Source: Gemmatimonadota bacterium
Lineage (GTDB): Bacteria > Gemmatimonadota > Gemmatimonadetes > Gemmatimonadales > Gemmatimonadaceae
NCBI GenBank assembly: GCA_040389905.1
Contig: JAZJZK010000008.1
Location: forward strand, 215,122 to 279,121
Length of the DNA stretch: 64,000 nucleotides
Direction: 5' to 3'
The notes under the pieces were generated by a model. It was not told where the DNA came from and did not search any database. It saw only the letters and a program-made list of their open reading frames with translations. Positions 29,601-38,524 of this stretch are shown piece by piece. The position numbers and the translations under genes were made by a program. Every line of letters begins with the position of its first letter. Position 1 is the stretch's first letter.

Positions 29601-30474
29601 TCGCGTTGCGCAGAACCAGCAAGGCAAGAATGGCCAGAACGGCCAGCAAGCCCAGAACGGCCAGCAAGCCCAGAACGGCCAGCAAGGGCAGCAAGGGCAG
29701 CAAGGGCAGCAAGGCCAGAACGGTCAGCAGGGGCGTCAGGGTCAGCAAGGCCAGCAAGGCCAGCACGGACAACAAGGCCAGCAGGGGCAACAGGGCCAAG
29801 GCCAGCAGGGGAAGCAAGGCCAACAGGGTCAAGGTCAGGGCCAGCAGGGACAGCAAGGCCAACAGGGCCAAGGCCAGGGTCAAGGCCAGCAAGGACAACA
29901 GGGCCAAGGTCAGGGCCAAGGACAACAAGGCCAAGGGCAGGGCCAAGGCCAACAAGGACAACAGGGTCAGGGCGGCCAGCAAGGACAACAGGGCCAAGGT
30001 CAGGGCCAGCAGCGAAACGGCCAGCAGCAGGGTGGTGGCGGTTCGCAGGTTGGGAACACGTCGCGCACCGGTCCATCACGCGGTGGCAACTGGGACGGCG
30101 GCCCCGTCAATGGCCTCACACCGAATGACGCGCGCCAGTTCGGTCGTGAATTCGGCCTGCGGCGCGAGAACGCAGAACAACTGCGCGACGACCTCAAGCG
30201 GCAGGGGATGGACGTCTCCGATCTCGACAAGGCGATCGACGACCTGAAGCGGCTCGAGCAGGGCCGGGAGTTCGGCGACGCGCAGGCACTGGAGGCGCTG
30301 CAAGGCTCGATGATCGAGAAGATCAAGAACTTCGAATTCTCGCTCTATCGTAAACTCGGACTCGGCAACGACAAGAGCCCGACGCTCGGCTCACGCGCGC
30401 CGGTTCCGGAAGAGTACCGCGCGGCGGTCGAGGAGTACTATCGCTCGCTCGCTGGGGCCAAGGCGAAGCCGTAA
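26653..30474 (+). CDS. Large membrane-anchored coiled-coil protein (DUF4175-like) with Gln/Gly-rich tract
   Basis: ATGA overlap; N-terminal TMs; YPAYT, PDHPP and ASDDYG Ig-like motifs; long helical region; C-terminal VPEEYRAAVEEYYRSLA. Confidence 0.85.
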   Translation: MTSANQLLATLAVLRRQWRQRVFLESAVWIAIAALLAVIAALLITSVFGASSTNVIIARGVGYFLIAAAIVRFLVVPLMRKASDERFALYVEERAPELKQALLSAVHELRAPEAERASPSLTARLVERTLAKVRPLQEGAKLERPRMVRAMQSLGAVAVVALVMFLAGPAKLREAGKMIFAPWGVAEAATPVMAVSVKPGNAVIPRGAAVDIRAALEGFAADGAELVFRADSAAEWVRIPMSRDSVTSTFTSRVFDLTRPTDYYVDANGIRSPTFHLGISDLPATKKLAIDLRYPAYTQLPTDHFADGGDIAAVVGTTAVIHATITKSVQGGVLAFSDGTTVPFDIGKDGKLNAAFKVKTTGYYRIDLVAEDGAKVPGSVQYAVEALPDHPPTVFIDKPGRDTKVTNIEEVTVALRASDDYGVESLEMFYRINGGAEKRVVLTDSAGTHSKEPRAAHTLFLEEEKLVPGDLIAYHGVAKDGAGNKGVSDVYFLEVRPFGKNYKQAEQQGGGGGGGGGGGGDSPDGFVARQREVVAGTFNWVRDSAVTTARKRREDIATLNIAEGKIREEVAVLATRIIERGAASADTTFKLIAAELQAAAKPLLSAEEQLVKAKGTLALPPEQEALQHLQRAQALYRDVQVQIGQQQQGGGGGGGGQQPRAEDLADLFELQNDKLKNQYEAMAQEKEQQPQAEREVDATLERLKQLAARQQQENERIQRMAEAMREKLGKEQSGGGAGGGGSQRELAKQVEEEARRLERLAREQQNKDLAQAAQSLQQAADAMKKAATGAPAQGNQALDQLKNAASGLEGSRSAKVGEGVKKLADQAQELKDRQTQIAQDVKKMGATSPDQRGDQFQKLSADKDQLSKDVAKLEADADRVAREARREQPAAAGKIAQGSEAIRDQRIKDKIAFSKNIIRSGSSDYANSFEQQIGDNLGDVADKMREAANAVGNGTGAGKQQQSLERARELVRELQSLKERTGDRVAQNQQGKNGQNGQQAQNGQQAQNGQQGQQGQQGQQGQNGQQGRQGQQGQQGQHGQQGQQGQQGQGQQGKQGQQGQGQGQQGQQGQQGQGQGQGQQGQQGQGQGQGQQGQGQGQGQQGQQGQGGQQGQQGQGQGQQRNGQQQGGGGSQVGNTSRTGPSRGGNWDGGPVNGLTPNDARQFGREFGLRRENAEQLRDDLKRQGMDVSDLDKAIDDLKRLEQGREFGDAQALEALQGSMIEKIKNFEFSLYRKLGLGNDKSPTLGSRAPVPEEYRAAVEEYYRSLAGAKAKP
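29611..30042 (+). repeat. Low-complexity coding tract (QNGQQA, GQQ and GQGQ repeats)
   Basis: About 140 codons, almost all Gln, Gly or Asn. Confidence 0.9.
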
Positions 30475-30475
30475 C

Positions 30476-30558
30476 TGTCACCCGAGCGAGCGTAGCTTTG
30501 TCGAAGGGTCTGCACCTATGAGGTGCAGGCCCTTCGCTACGCTCAGGGCGACAAAACG
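30476..30558. repeat. Family A repeat between convergent genes
   Basis: TGTCACCCGAGCGAGCG...GGGTCTGCACCT-ATG-AGGTGCAGGCCCTTCGCTACGCTCAGGGCGACAAAACG. Confidence 0.82.
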
Positions 30559-30580
30559 AGCGAAACAACACAACTGCCAT

Positions 30581-30657
30581 TACCACAGAGGACACAGAGG
30601 ACACGGAGAACTGAATTGCTCATGTAGTCCTCTGTGTCCTCTGTGTCCTCTGTGGTT
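30581..30657. repeat. Family B inverted repeat
   Basis: TACCACAGAGGACACAGAGGACACGGAG...CCTCTGTGTCCTCTGTGTCCTCTGTGGTT. Confidence 0.9.
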
Positions 30658-30671
30658 AAGTGCTTTTGCTG

Positions 30672-33530
30672 TTACCGGCTCTGCAAATTCGCCCGCATCT
30701 TCCCATCGGAGTCGAGCCGCGAGAGCGCAGACTTCGACTCATCCACGGCATTACGCAGGAGCGGCGACTCCGTGTTCCGCCACGCGGCGACGACGTATGC
30801 ATACGCATCCACCGCCCGCTCCCGTTCGCCGAGCTTCTCGGCAATGCGCCCACGCTCGAGCTGGCGCGCCACATAAAGCAGGTCGCTCGTCGACGTCATG
30901 CGCTCCAGCAACGCCAGCGCACGCGCGGGCTCCTTACGTGCCACAAGTCGTGCCCGGATGAACTGCTCGACGCCGAGCGAAATCACCGAGTCGGAAAAGG
31001 CGTCGAATAGCGGTGTTGCCGCTGCCGAATCGCCGCGGGCCAACACACCATACGCATTCGCCGCGGCGATGAAGTAAGACAACACCGCGCGACGTTGCGA
31101 ACTCGTATCGCCCTTCAGTCGCGCCTCGGCGCCCGCTTTGAGTTTGGCCAGCGTAACCGTGTCGCGCGCGGCGCCAAGCGCCGGAAGCATGAAAAGCGAC
31201 GCATCATTCTGGAGCTTGAGCCACGACGACATGATCGCCGCGGCACTGTCCGCCGGCACGAGGCCGAGCGCGGCAATCTCTGCCGCGCTGTAGCTGTGGT
31301 TCTCCACCGCGAACTGCCACGCTTCGGAGATGTGCCCACGAAACGCCAACTCGTCCGCCAGGAGATACTTGAATTGGGCGTTCCGCGGCGCGGGGATGCG
31401 CTTGACCGCCGCGCGCAACACATCCGCGATCACTTCGCTGCTGTCCGGATTCCTTCGGAGCGCGGCGAGGGCATTCCCGGCGAATGACGGGTTGATGGTG
31501 TCGAGGATGGCGCGCAGCGAAGCGCCGGTGAGCTCGCCGTCACCCATGCGTATCGCGAGCGTGAGCGCGCTCTGCTGCAGTCCCGGCTGACTTCTCGCCA
31601 GGAATGCCGTCGCGTACCGTCGGCCGATCTGGGCTCCGTTGCGATAGGCGAGCTCGATCGCGTGAATGTACGCTGGCGCGAAATCCGAGTCCGCGCGGAT
31701 GGCGTTGTCGAAGAGGCCGAGCGCTTCACGCTCCGAGATGGTGCGGTCGTTGTGAAAGCGCATGTCGGCCAGCAGATACCAGGCGGCCGCGTCGTCGGGA
31801 TAGCGACTCGTCACCTCAGCGGCTGCCGCGTACGCGGCCCGCATCTCCGAATACCGGTTAGGTCCCCTCTTGTTTGCGATGGCGAAATGACGCACGGAGA
31901 CGAGTGTCAGACTGTCGTGCGGCGACAATCCAGCGCGCAGCTGCTCGCCAGCCTTCGTGAATGCCTGCCATTGACGATCGACGTCATCGCCACCCGTCCA
32001 ACCGTAAGCCTCTCCGAGCATCGCGTAGGCGATACCGAATGTGGAGTCGATGCTGACGGCCTCCCGCAACGACATCGCCGCGGAGTCCCATTGCGAACGA
32101 CGGAAGTACTGGGCGCCATGCAGGAACGCACGAACGGCCGGCAACGAGTTCGAGCCAAGCGACGCGAGCTTCGCTGCGCCGATCGTACGGAGCCGTCCAA
32201 TCGCTGCGAGTGACCGGAAGCTCAACGAATCGGCCACACGGTCCATACGCGAAACGGAATCACGCACCTCGATCTCGACCGGCGGAGAATCCTTCTCCGT
32301 ATCCACGATCCAGAGCTTCGCGTTGACAAGATCTTTTCCGGCCGACTGGAGCTGCCCGTAGAACACGATCTGCGCGCCGACCTTCTTTCCAAACGCGACG
32401 GCGGCCGCCCGCTCCGCGTGACCGCCCCATTGCTTGATCGTGGCGCCGGGCGAAAGCGCGCGGATCGGGCCCGCGCCATCGAGATTGCGCGAGAGCACGT
32501 CGACGATGCCTTCTTTCCAGAGCGTCAGCTGCGGATCGAGCACTTCGAATGGCGCGATCGCGAGGTTGATCGTGCCATTCGACACCGTCGGTTTTCCCAT
32601 GCGTTTCGACGCAAAGAGCGCCGCGGCGATCGCAATCGTCGTCACGCCGGCGGCGATCCACGTCGTTCCCCTCGACCGAAGGGTCGCACGCCCGATGGGA
32701 GCCGGCGTCTCCCCCGTTTCCATCGGCGCCGCCAGTTCGGACGCAGATTGCGGGCGCTTCGCCGGCTCCTTCTCCAGACAGCGCATGACGAGCGATGCCA
32801 GCGCGCGGGGAGTATCCGGACGGTGCTGAGTCACCGGCACCGGCTGCTCCATCACCTGCGCCGCCAGCAACTGTTGCGGCGACTTCCCGGCGAACGGTGC
32901 TTTCCCCGCGAGCATCTCGTACATCACGCCGCCGAGCGAGTAGATGTCCGCGCGATGATCAGTATCGGGATCACCGGCGACCTGCTCCGGTGCCATGTAC
33001 GCCGGCGTGCCGAGTGACATGCCGAGCGTCGTCAACGCGCCGTCGCTGGTCTGCTGGCGTGCGGACGACAGGGCTTTGGCGATGCCGAAGTCTGCGACGG
33101 TCGCGGCGCCATGCGACAGCAGGATGTTGTCCGGCTTGATGTCGCGATGCACCACGCCTTCTTCGTGCGCATACGCCAGCGCCTTCGCGACGTCTCCGAT
33201 GATGTCGATCGTGTCGGAGATGGAGAGCGGCCCGCTTTCGAGCCTCGCGCGCAACGTATCGCCCTTGACGAAGGGCATGACGTAGTAGGGCAGGCCGGCG
33301 ACTTCCCCCGCGGTGAGGACCGGCACGATGTGCGGATGCTGCAGCCGCGCCGAGAGCAGCACTTCACGCTTGAAACGCTCGGCGTTGACGCCGGCTGCCA
33401 GCTCTGGGTGCAGCACCTTGATCACGACGGCGCGATGCAGCGCAATGTCGTCCGCGAGGAAGACGCGCGACATGCCGCCCCCGCCGAGCTCCCGCACGAT
33501 GGTATACGTGCCGCTCAGGGCGTCTTGCAA
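30672..33530 (-). CDS. Hanks-type Ser/Thr protein kinase with TM segment and TPR-like C-terminus
   Basis: ELGGGGMSRVF; VVIKVL; HRDIKPDN; DFGIAK; GTPAYMAPE; DIYSLG; true start may be the in-frame CTG at 33554 (GAGG upstream). Confidence 0.93.
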   Translation of the reverse strand: MQDALSGTYTIVRELGGGGMSRVFLADDIALHRAVVIKVLHPELAAGVNAERFKREVLLSARLQHPHIVPVLTAGEVAGLPYYVMPFVKGDTLRARLESGPLSISDTIDIIGDVAKALAYAHEEGVVHRDIKPDNILLSHGAATVADFGIAKALSSARQQTSDGALTTLGMSLGTPAYMAPEQVAGDPDTDHRADIYSLGGVMYEMLAGKAPFAGKSPQQLLAAQVMEQPVPVTQHRPDTPRALASLVMRCLEKEPAKRPQSASELAAPMETGETPAPIGRATLRSRGTTWIAAGVTTIAIAAALFASKRMGKPTVSNGTINLAIAPFEVLDPQLTLWKEGIVDVLSRNLDGAGPIRALSPGATIKQWGGHAERAAAVAFGKKVGAQIVFYGQLQSAGKDLVNAKLWIVDTEKDSPPVEIEVRDSVSRMDRVADSLSFRSLAAIGRLRTIGAAKLASLGSNSLPAVRAFLHGAQYFRRSQWDSAAMSLREAVSIDSTFGIAYAMLGEAYGWTGGDDVDRQWQAFTKAGEQLRAGLSPHDSLTLVSVRHFAIANKRGPNRYSEMRAAYAAAAEVTSRYPDDAAAWYLLADMRFHNDRTISEREALGLFDNAIRADSDFAPAYIHAIELAYRNGAQIGRRYATAFLARSQPGLQQSALTLAIRMGDGELTGASLRAILDTINPSFAGNALAALRRNPDSSEVIADVLRAAVKRIPAPRNAQFKYLLADELAFRGHISEAWQFAVENHSYSAAEIAALGLVPADSAAAIMSSWLKLQNDASLFMLPALGAARDTVTLAKLKAGAEARLKGDTSSQRRAVLSYFIAAANAYGVLARGDSAAATPLFDAFSDSVISLGVEQFIRARLVARKEPARALALLERMTSTSDLLYVARQLERGRIAEKLGERERAVDAYAYVVAAWRNTESPLLRNAVDESKSALSRLDSDGKMRANLQSR

Positions 33531-33735
33531 CTGCGCGAGAAGATCAGTGTCCAGAGGGCCCTCGGGACTTGGCGTAAACAGGCGATTGAGCGCTGACCAA
33601 GATAGGCGCGCGGGAGGCGCTTCGACAGATTTTGCGAGTCTCGATCTCTGGGGATATTGCGCGTCGGGTCAACTGCGTACAAGATTGTATCCCGACCGTT
33701 CGGGAGCCAGCACTCAATCCTCGAGGTGCTTCGCA

Positions 33736-34194
33736 ATGAAGATCAGCCTGTTGGCGTGCGCTGCGGTTGTCGCGCTGGCTGGATGTGGCGGCGCCGACCC
33801 GATTACGGTCGATGCAGCGGCCGCCGTTGCGGCGAGTGGAGACTACTTCCTCCAAACCGTCGATGGCAAAGCGTTGCCGTTCGTCTATCAGGAGGGGCCG
33901 GCTGACAAGAGTGAAACCCTCCAGAACGAGCTGTTCATCGAGAAGACCCTGACGTTCACGAGCACGCAGGTCAACCGAATTACCCAGAGCGGCACGTCAA
34001 AAACCATCTCCGCGCTGGCGACGGGCTACGTTTCCGTTTCCGGTACCACGCTGACCTTCAAAAGCTCGGATGGCTCGACGTCCACAGGGACGCTCAATGG
34101 CAACTGGTTGACGCACAACACAGGCACCCACACGATGATGTATTGGAAGATTTCCCTGTGCAACGTGGCGACTGGGTCGTTCGGACCCTGCTGA
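33736..34194 (+). CDS. Beta-rich lipoprotein (paralog 1)
   Basis: GAGG upstream; MKISLLACAAVVALAGC lipobox; C-terminal Cys pair. Confidence 0.8.
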   Translation: MKISLLACAAVVALAGCGGADPITVDAAAAVAASGDYFLQTVDGKALPFVYQEGPADKSETLQNELFIEKTLTFTSTQVNRITQSGTSKTISALATGYVSVSGTTLTFKSSDGSTSTGTLNGNWLTHNTGTHTMMYWKISLCNVATGSFGPC

Positions 34195-34458
34195 GTTGAG
34201 CATGCGAGGTCACTCGTCTTCGAATCGACGCAGATCGACAGGACTACTCAGAGTGGCGATATTACGGTGGATACTACGCTTGCATCGGGATTCATCACGC
34301 CTACCGGCCCGTCAATGACGCTCAAGACGACGAATGGGGGGGAGTCGACAGCGACAATCGACGGCAGCTGGCTGACGCACGTCACGGCGCTACACACGAT
34401 GCGGTACTGGAAGTACAGCGCCTGCACCGTCGCGAACGGCACCTATACACCATGTTGA
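34195..34458 (+). pseudogene. 5'-truncated paralog of the upstream lipoprotein, in the same frame right after its TGA
   Basis: SLVFESTQIDRTTQSG...LASGFI...GSWLTH...HTMRYWK...CTVANGTYTPC aligns to TLTFTSTQVNRITQSG...LATGYV...GNWLTH...HTMMYWK...CNVATGSFGPC; no signal peptide. Confidence 0.7.
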
Positions 34459-34922
34459 TACGGAAACTGCGCGTCGCCACATGCGCCGCCGTCACGGCGC
34501 TTCTTGGCTGCGCCGGGGAGTCAATCACGCAGATCGACACCCGGCTCATGGCGGGTGTCTACGCACTGCACGAGGTTGACGGTGTACTGCTTCCGCTGAC
34601 CATCGTCGACGGCCAGGGTGCAAAGCACGAAACGACTCAGCATGTGATCCAGATCGAGGCCGATCTTTCGTACACCACGAGGAAGACCGTTCGTATCACG
34701 CAGGGTTCGACGGTACGCACCGAGGTCACCCTGGGTTCCGGCAGCATCACCGCCAACGGATCGTCCCTGATCATTCGCGATGACCATGGCATCAGCTCCT
34801 CGGGCACCTTCGCGGACGTCGTCGAGATCATGTTCGAAGCCCGGACGCATGTCTTCTGGAAGCGCTGCACCTATCAATCGATGTACACCCCCGCGTGCAA
34901 TGATTGGCGCATCCACGACTAG
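34452..34922 (+). CDS. Beta-rich lipoprotein (paralog 3)
   Basis: Lipobox LLGC; G.Y.L..VDG..LP, K.ET.Q, RITQ and WK..C...C shared with paralog 1. Confidence 0.78.
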   Translation: MLIRKLRVATCAAVTALLGCAGESITQIDTRLMAGVYALHEVDGVLLPLTIVDGQGAKHETTQHVIQIEADLSYTTRKTVRITQGSTVRTEVTLGSGSITANGSSLIIRDDHGISSSGTFADVVEIMFEARTHVFWKRCTYQSMYTPACNDWRIHD

Positions 34923-35341
34923 TGCGCTGGCCGGTACACCAGGATATCGAGTGCGATTTCGTCGCTGAACCACGCGTCGACACGCCCTTCGCGGATGAAG
35001 CCGCGCCGTAACAACGTCTCGGACGCCGCCTGAAAGGGCGCATCATAGGGAATCTCGCACACGATCATTCTCGCATCGTCAGTGATGACTCCGTGCAGCA
35101 CGTCCTCCGCGTCGCCGACGATCGCATGGAGCTTCACCACGCCGACGGCACCAGCCAGCGGGCCATAAAGTATCAGGCCACCATCGTCAGCGATGAGACC
35201 GCAGTATTCAGGGTCGTCGCCTGTCAACGCAGCGTCCAGCTGTTCGAGCAATCGGGCGAGGTAGCGCGTGCCGTTGAATTGCGCCTCGATGAGTACGCGC
35301 GCCCCGGCGGCATCTGACTGCGCCAATGGACGTGCGCTCAC
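34919..35341 (-). CDS. Hypothetical protein, possibly a degenerate GNAT fold
   Basis: C-terminal LLRRGFIREGRVDAWF resembles the GNAT terminal motif; GTG start chosen downstream of the repeat. Confidence 0.55.
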   Translation of the reverse strand: MSARPLAQSDAAGARVLIEAQFNGTRYLARLLEQLDAALTGDDPEYCGLIADDGGLILYGPLAGAVGVVKLHAIVGDAEDVLHGVITDDARMIVCEIPYDAPFQAASETLLRRGFIREGRVDAWFSDEIALDILVYRPAH

Positions 35342-35356
35342 GAGCGAAGAGAGAAC

Positions 35357-35396
35357 GTGCAGACCCCTCGACTCACTTTCGTTCGCTCGGGGTGAC
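35357..35396. repeat. Family A half-unit immediately after the lpdA stop
   Basis: GTGCAGACCCCTCGACTCACTTTCGTTCGCTCGGGGTGAC. Confidence 0.8.
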
Positions 35397-35399
35397 CAT

Positions 35400-36809
35400 T
35401 CAGATGTGGATCGCGCGGCCGAGCACCGCGAGCGCCGCTTCCTTCGTCGCTTCGCTGAGCGTTGGATGCGCATGCACCGTCACGCCGATGTCCTCCGACG
35501 ATCCGCGATACTCGAACGCGAGCACCACTTCCGCAATGAGCTCCGAGACGTTCGGACCGACCAGATGCGCGCCAAGCAATTCGTCCGTCGTCGCGTCGGC
35601 GATGAACTTCACGAACCCGCTCGTGTCTCCCGCCGTTCGCGCGCGTCCGTTGGCCGAGAAGGGAAACTTGCCGACCTTGTACGCGCGCCCGGACGCCTTC
35701 ACTTCATGCTCGGCGAGGCCGACCGACGCAATCTCCGGCCATGTGTACACCACCGACGGAATCGAGTGGTAGTGCATGTGCACCCGCTGTCCAGCGATCA
35801 CCTCGGCGGCGATGACGCCTTCTTCCTCGGCCTTATGCGCGAGCAGCTTGCCGCCAATGCAGTCGCCGATCGCGAACACATTCGGCAGGTTCGTACGAAG
35901 CTGGTCGTCGACGACGATTTCGCCACGCTGTCCGACGGTGAGTCCGAGTGCGGCCGCATCGACACCCGTGAGCGACGGCTTCCGTCCGACTGACACGAGC
36001 ACGTAGTCCGCTTCGAGTGTTTCCGTCGTGCCATCCTTTACGACATCGACGAACACCGTGTTTCCCTCACGACGTGCAGCGCTCACCTTGGCCCCGGTGC
36101 GCAGCACGAGTCCCTGTTTCTTGAAGACTCGCTCCGCTTCCTTGATCACGTCCTCGTCCATACCGGGAAGGATCGTCGGCGCGAGTTCGATGACCGTTAC
36201 CTTCGCGCCAAGCCTGCGCCACACGCTGCCAAGCTCGAGACCGATCACGCCACCGCCGATGACGACGAGGTGCTTCGGGACTTCTGGAATCCGGAGCGCG
36301 CCGTCGTTCGAGAGGATGCGCTCTTCGTCGAACGTGAGGAACGGCAGTTCGATGGGCACCGAGCCCGTGGCGATGATGACGTGCTTTGCGCTGTAGGATG
36401 TCGTCGCGCCATCGGCGCCGGCGACCTCCACGACATTGCCCGCCTTCAACGTGCCGCGGCCCTTCGCCCAGGTGATCTTGTTCTTCCGGAAGAGGAACTC
36501 GATGCCCTTCGTGTTCTGGCCGACGACGTCGTCCTTTCGCTTGAGCATCGTGGCAAGGTCGAGGCTGATGCCCGCGACGCCGATGCCATGTTCCTTGGCG
36601 TGCTGGCTCATGAACTCGTAGTGCTCGCTCGAGTTCAGCAGCGCCTTCGAGGGAATGCAGCCGACGTTGACGCAGGTGCCGCCGAGCGTCTTGTCCATTT
36701 CGACGCAGACGGTGGAGAAGCCAAGCTGGGCGGCACGAATCGCGGCGACGTAGCCGCCAGGTCCACCGCCGAGGACGAGTACATCGGCGGGTATGGTTGT
36801 GTCAGTCAT
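35400..36809 (-). CDS. lpdA: Dihydrolipoyl dehydrogenase (E3)
   Basis: GGGPGGYVAAIRAAQLG; GGTCVNVGCIPSK; GGGVIGLE; HAHPTLSE. Confidence 0.97.
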   Translation of the reverse strand: MTDTTIPADVLVLGGGPGGYVAAIRAAQLGFSTVCVEMDKTLGGTCVNVGCIPSKALLNSSEHYEFMSQHAKEHGIGVAGISLDLATMLKRKDDVVGQNTKGIEFLFRKNKITWAKGRGTLKAGNVVEVAGADGATTSYSAKHVIIATGSVPIELPFLTFDEERILSNDGALRIPEVPKHLVVIGGGVIGLELGSVWRRLGAKVTVIELAPTILPGMDEDVIKEAERVFKKQGLVLRTGAKVSAARREGNTVFVDVVKDGTTETLEADYVLVSVGRKPSLTGVDAAALGLTVGQRGEIVVDDQLRTNLPNVFAIGDCIGGKLLAHKAEEEGVIAAEVIAGQRVHMHYHSIPSVVYTWPEIASVGLAEHEVKASGRAYKVGKFPFSANGRARTAGDTSGFVKFIADATTDELLGAHLVGPNVSELIAEVVLAFEYRGSSEDIGVTVHAHPTLSEATKEAALAVLGRAIHI

Positions 36810-36870
36810 GAGACGGTATGGAGTCGCAAATGTGTGCCTCGAAGTTAAGGCATCGTGTGCCATTGCGGCG

Positions 36871-36890
36871 GGTAGCTTCCAGAAGCTACC
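36871..36890. promoter_or_regulatory. Perfect inverted repeat, likely TA autoregulatory operator
   Basis: GGTAGCTTC-CA-GAAGCTACC, ending 7 nt before the antitoxin ATG. Confidence 0.65.
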
Positions 36891-36897
36891 TTCAGTC

Positions 36898-37188
36898 ATG
36901 CGCGCCGTCGGCCTCAAGATCCTGAAGAACAAATTGAGCGAGTACGTTCGTCTGGCGGCCACGGGCGAAACGATTCTCGTCACTGATCGGGACAAGGTGG
37001 TGGCCGAGTTGATCGCGCCCCGCGAGGGACGCAGTCCCATCCTCCGTGACGCGCAACTCGCCGAGGCCGTTCGAAATGGCTGGCTCACGCCCCCTCTTGG
37101 AAACAAGGCGCCGCGACCGCCCCGCTCTCCCGTGGCGCCTCTCGCCGATGTGCTCGCGGAGCTCGCGGACGACCGTGGCGAATCGTGA
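36898..37188 (+). CDS. Phd/YefM-family antitoxin
   Basis: MRAVGLKILKNKLSEYVRLAATGETILVTDRDKVVAEL; GTGA-coupled to the PIN gene. Confidence 0.88.
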   Translation: MRAVGLKILKNKLSEYVRLAATGETILVTDRDKVVAELIAPREGRSPILRDAQLAEAVRNGWLTPPLGNKAPRPPRSPVAPLADVLAELADDRGES

Positions 37189-37571
37189 TCTACGTTGATA
37201 CGTCGGTCGTGCTGGCCGAGTTGCTCTCGGAGGATCGCAGCCCGCCGGAGCGCGTGTGGGAGGAGACGGTCGTCGCGAGCCGGTTGCTCGAATACGAAAC
37301 ATGGACGCGAATCAACGCGCGGGGATTGACGACGTCGCACGGCGAGCGCACGCGAGAGCTTCTTGGCCGCGTCGCATTTCTCGAGCTGGTGCGACCCGTT
37401 CTTGAACGGGCGTTGGAGCCTTTCCCACTTCCGCTCCGAACGCTCGATGCGCTTCACGTGGCATCGATGCACTTTCTGCGCAGCCGAGGACAGGACGTGC
37501 AGTTAGCGAGCTACGATGATCGACTGACAGAAGTGGCGCGAGCACTCAATTTCCAAATTCTCCCGCTCTAG
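37185..37571 (+). CDS. vapC: PIN-domain (VapC-like) toxin
   Basis: IYVDTSV; EYE; LRTLDALHVAS; SYDDRL. Confidence 0.9.
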   Translation: MIYVDTSVVLAELLSEDRSPPERVWEETVVASRLLEYETWTRINARGLTTSHGERTRELLGRVAFLELVRPVLERALEPFPLPLRTLDALHVASMHFLRSRGQDVQLASYDDRLTEVARALNFQILPL

Positions 37572-37603
37572 CGGACCTCTCGGCGCAGACGAGATCGAAC
37601 GCC

Positions 37604-38452
37604 ATGCTCGCCATGCTCAACCCAGCGACGCGTCAGAGCTTCATGTGGCGTTGGCAGCGCATTCCCGTGATTGTCGTCGTCGCGGCGCTCGGTGTCGCAC
37701 TCCTGGTGTTCCTGTTGCAGGAGCATCTCATCTACTTCCCCCGCCGGTATGCGCCGGGCGTGGCGGGTGCCCCCGGACATGGCCTCAGGCCGCTCCGCTA
37801 CACGGTCGACGGCAATCGTGGCGTGGCCTTTTGGCGAGCGCCGCGTGACGGAGGCCGCTGGTGGGTTGTGTTCAGCGGCAACGCGGCACTCGCGCTCGAG
37901 TGGGATGAGTTGCTCGCCGGCGATGCGCATGATGGATTCCTCCTCATCGACCATCCTGGATACGGCGCCACAGAGGGGACGCCGTCGCCAACCACCATCG
38001 ATGCGAATGCAGACGCTGCGTTCGCGGCACTCGCGCGAGAAGCCGGTGTGGATGCCGCGGCACTAGCGCGCAGCGCTGGAGTACTCGGTCACTCCCTCGG
38101 TGCAGCGATCGGGCTGCGCTTCGCCACGCGGCACGAGGTCGATCGGGTCGTTCTGCTCTCGCCGTTCACGACGATGCATGCGATGGCGCGCCGGCAGATG
38201 GGATGGCCGTTGTCCGAGCTCCTTACGCACCGCTTCGACAACGAGGCCAGCTTGAACACGCTGGCAGCTCGGCTGCGACGTCCGGTCATCATCATCCTGC
38301 ATGGCGATAGCGACGACCTCATTCCCATCACGATGAGTCGGCAGCTTGTGAAACAGCATCCCTGGGTTGCGCTTCGCGAGCTCAAAGGGGTCGGCCACGA
38401 CGATATTCCGGGCCGCGTCGGGGACATCCGCATGGCCTTTGGCGGTTCCTGA
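37604..38452 (+). CDS. Membrane-anchored alpha/beta hydrolase
   Basis: QEHLIYFP; FSGNA; DHPGYG; GHSLG; HGDSDDLIP; GHDD; start may be 37643. Confidence 0.88.
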   Translation: MLAMLNPATRQSFMWRWQRIPVIVVVAALGVALLVFLLQEHLIYFPRRYAPGVAGAPGHGLRPLRYTVDGNRGVAFWRAPRDGGRWWVVFSGNAALALEWDELLAGDAHDGFLLIDHPGYGATEGTPSPTTIDANADAAFAALAREAGVDAAALARSAGVLGHSLGAAIGLRFATRHEVDRVVLLSPFTTMHAMARRQMGWPLSELLTHRFDNEASLNTLAARLRRPVIIILHGDSDDLIPITMSRQLVKQHPWVALRELKGVGHDDIPGRVGDIRMAFGGS

Positions 38453-38524
38453 CCGAACGTTCCAATCCGATATGGGGCGGCCGCCGTATTTCGATTCACG
38501 GCTCCGCCACAGCGAGGGAACGGC

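Noticed and set aside
34192..34217. Selenocysteine recoding (TGC-TGA followed by hairpin GCGAG-GTCA-CTCGT)
   Set aside because: The paralogous fragment also ends PC-TGA, so this TGA looks like the native stop; the hairpin is short and expected by chance at this GC content
36810..37472. Long N-terminal extensions given by the ORF track (lpdA here; likewise sucB, norQ, the esterase and the beta-hydroxylase)
   Set aside because: They overlap real opposite-strand genes or run through intergenic repeats; family motifs begin at the downstream starts
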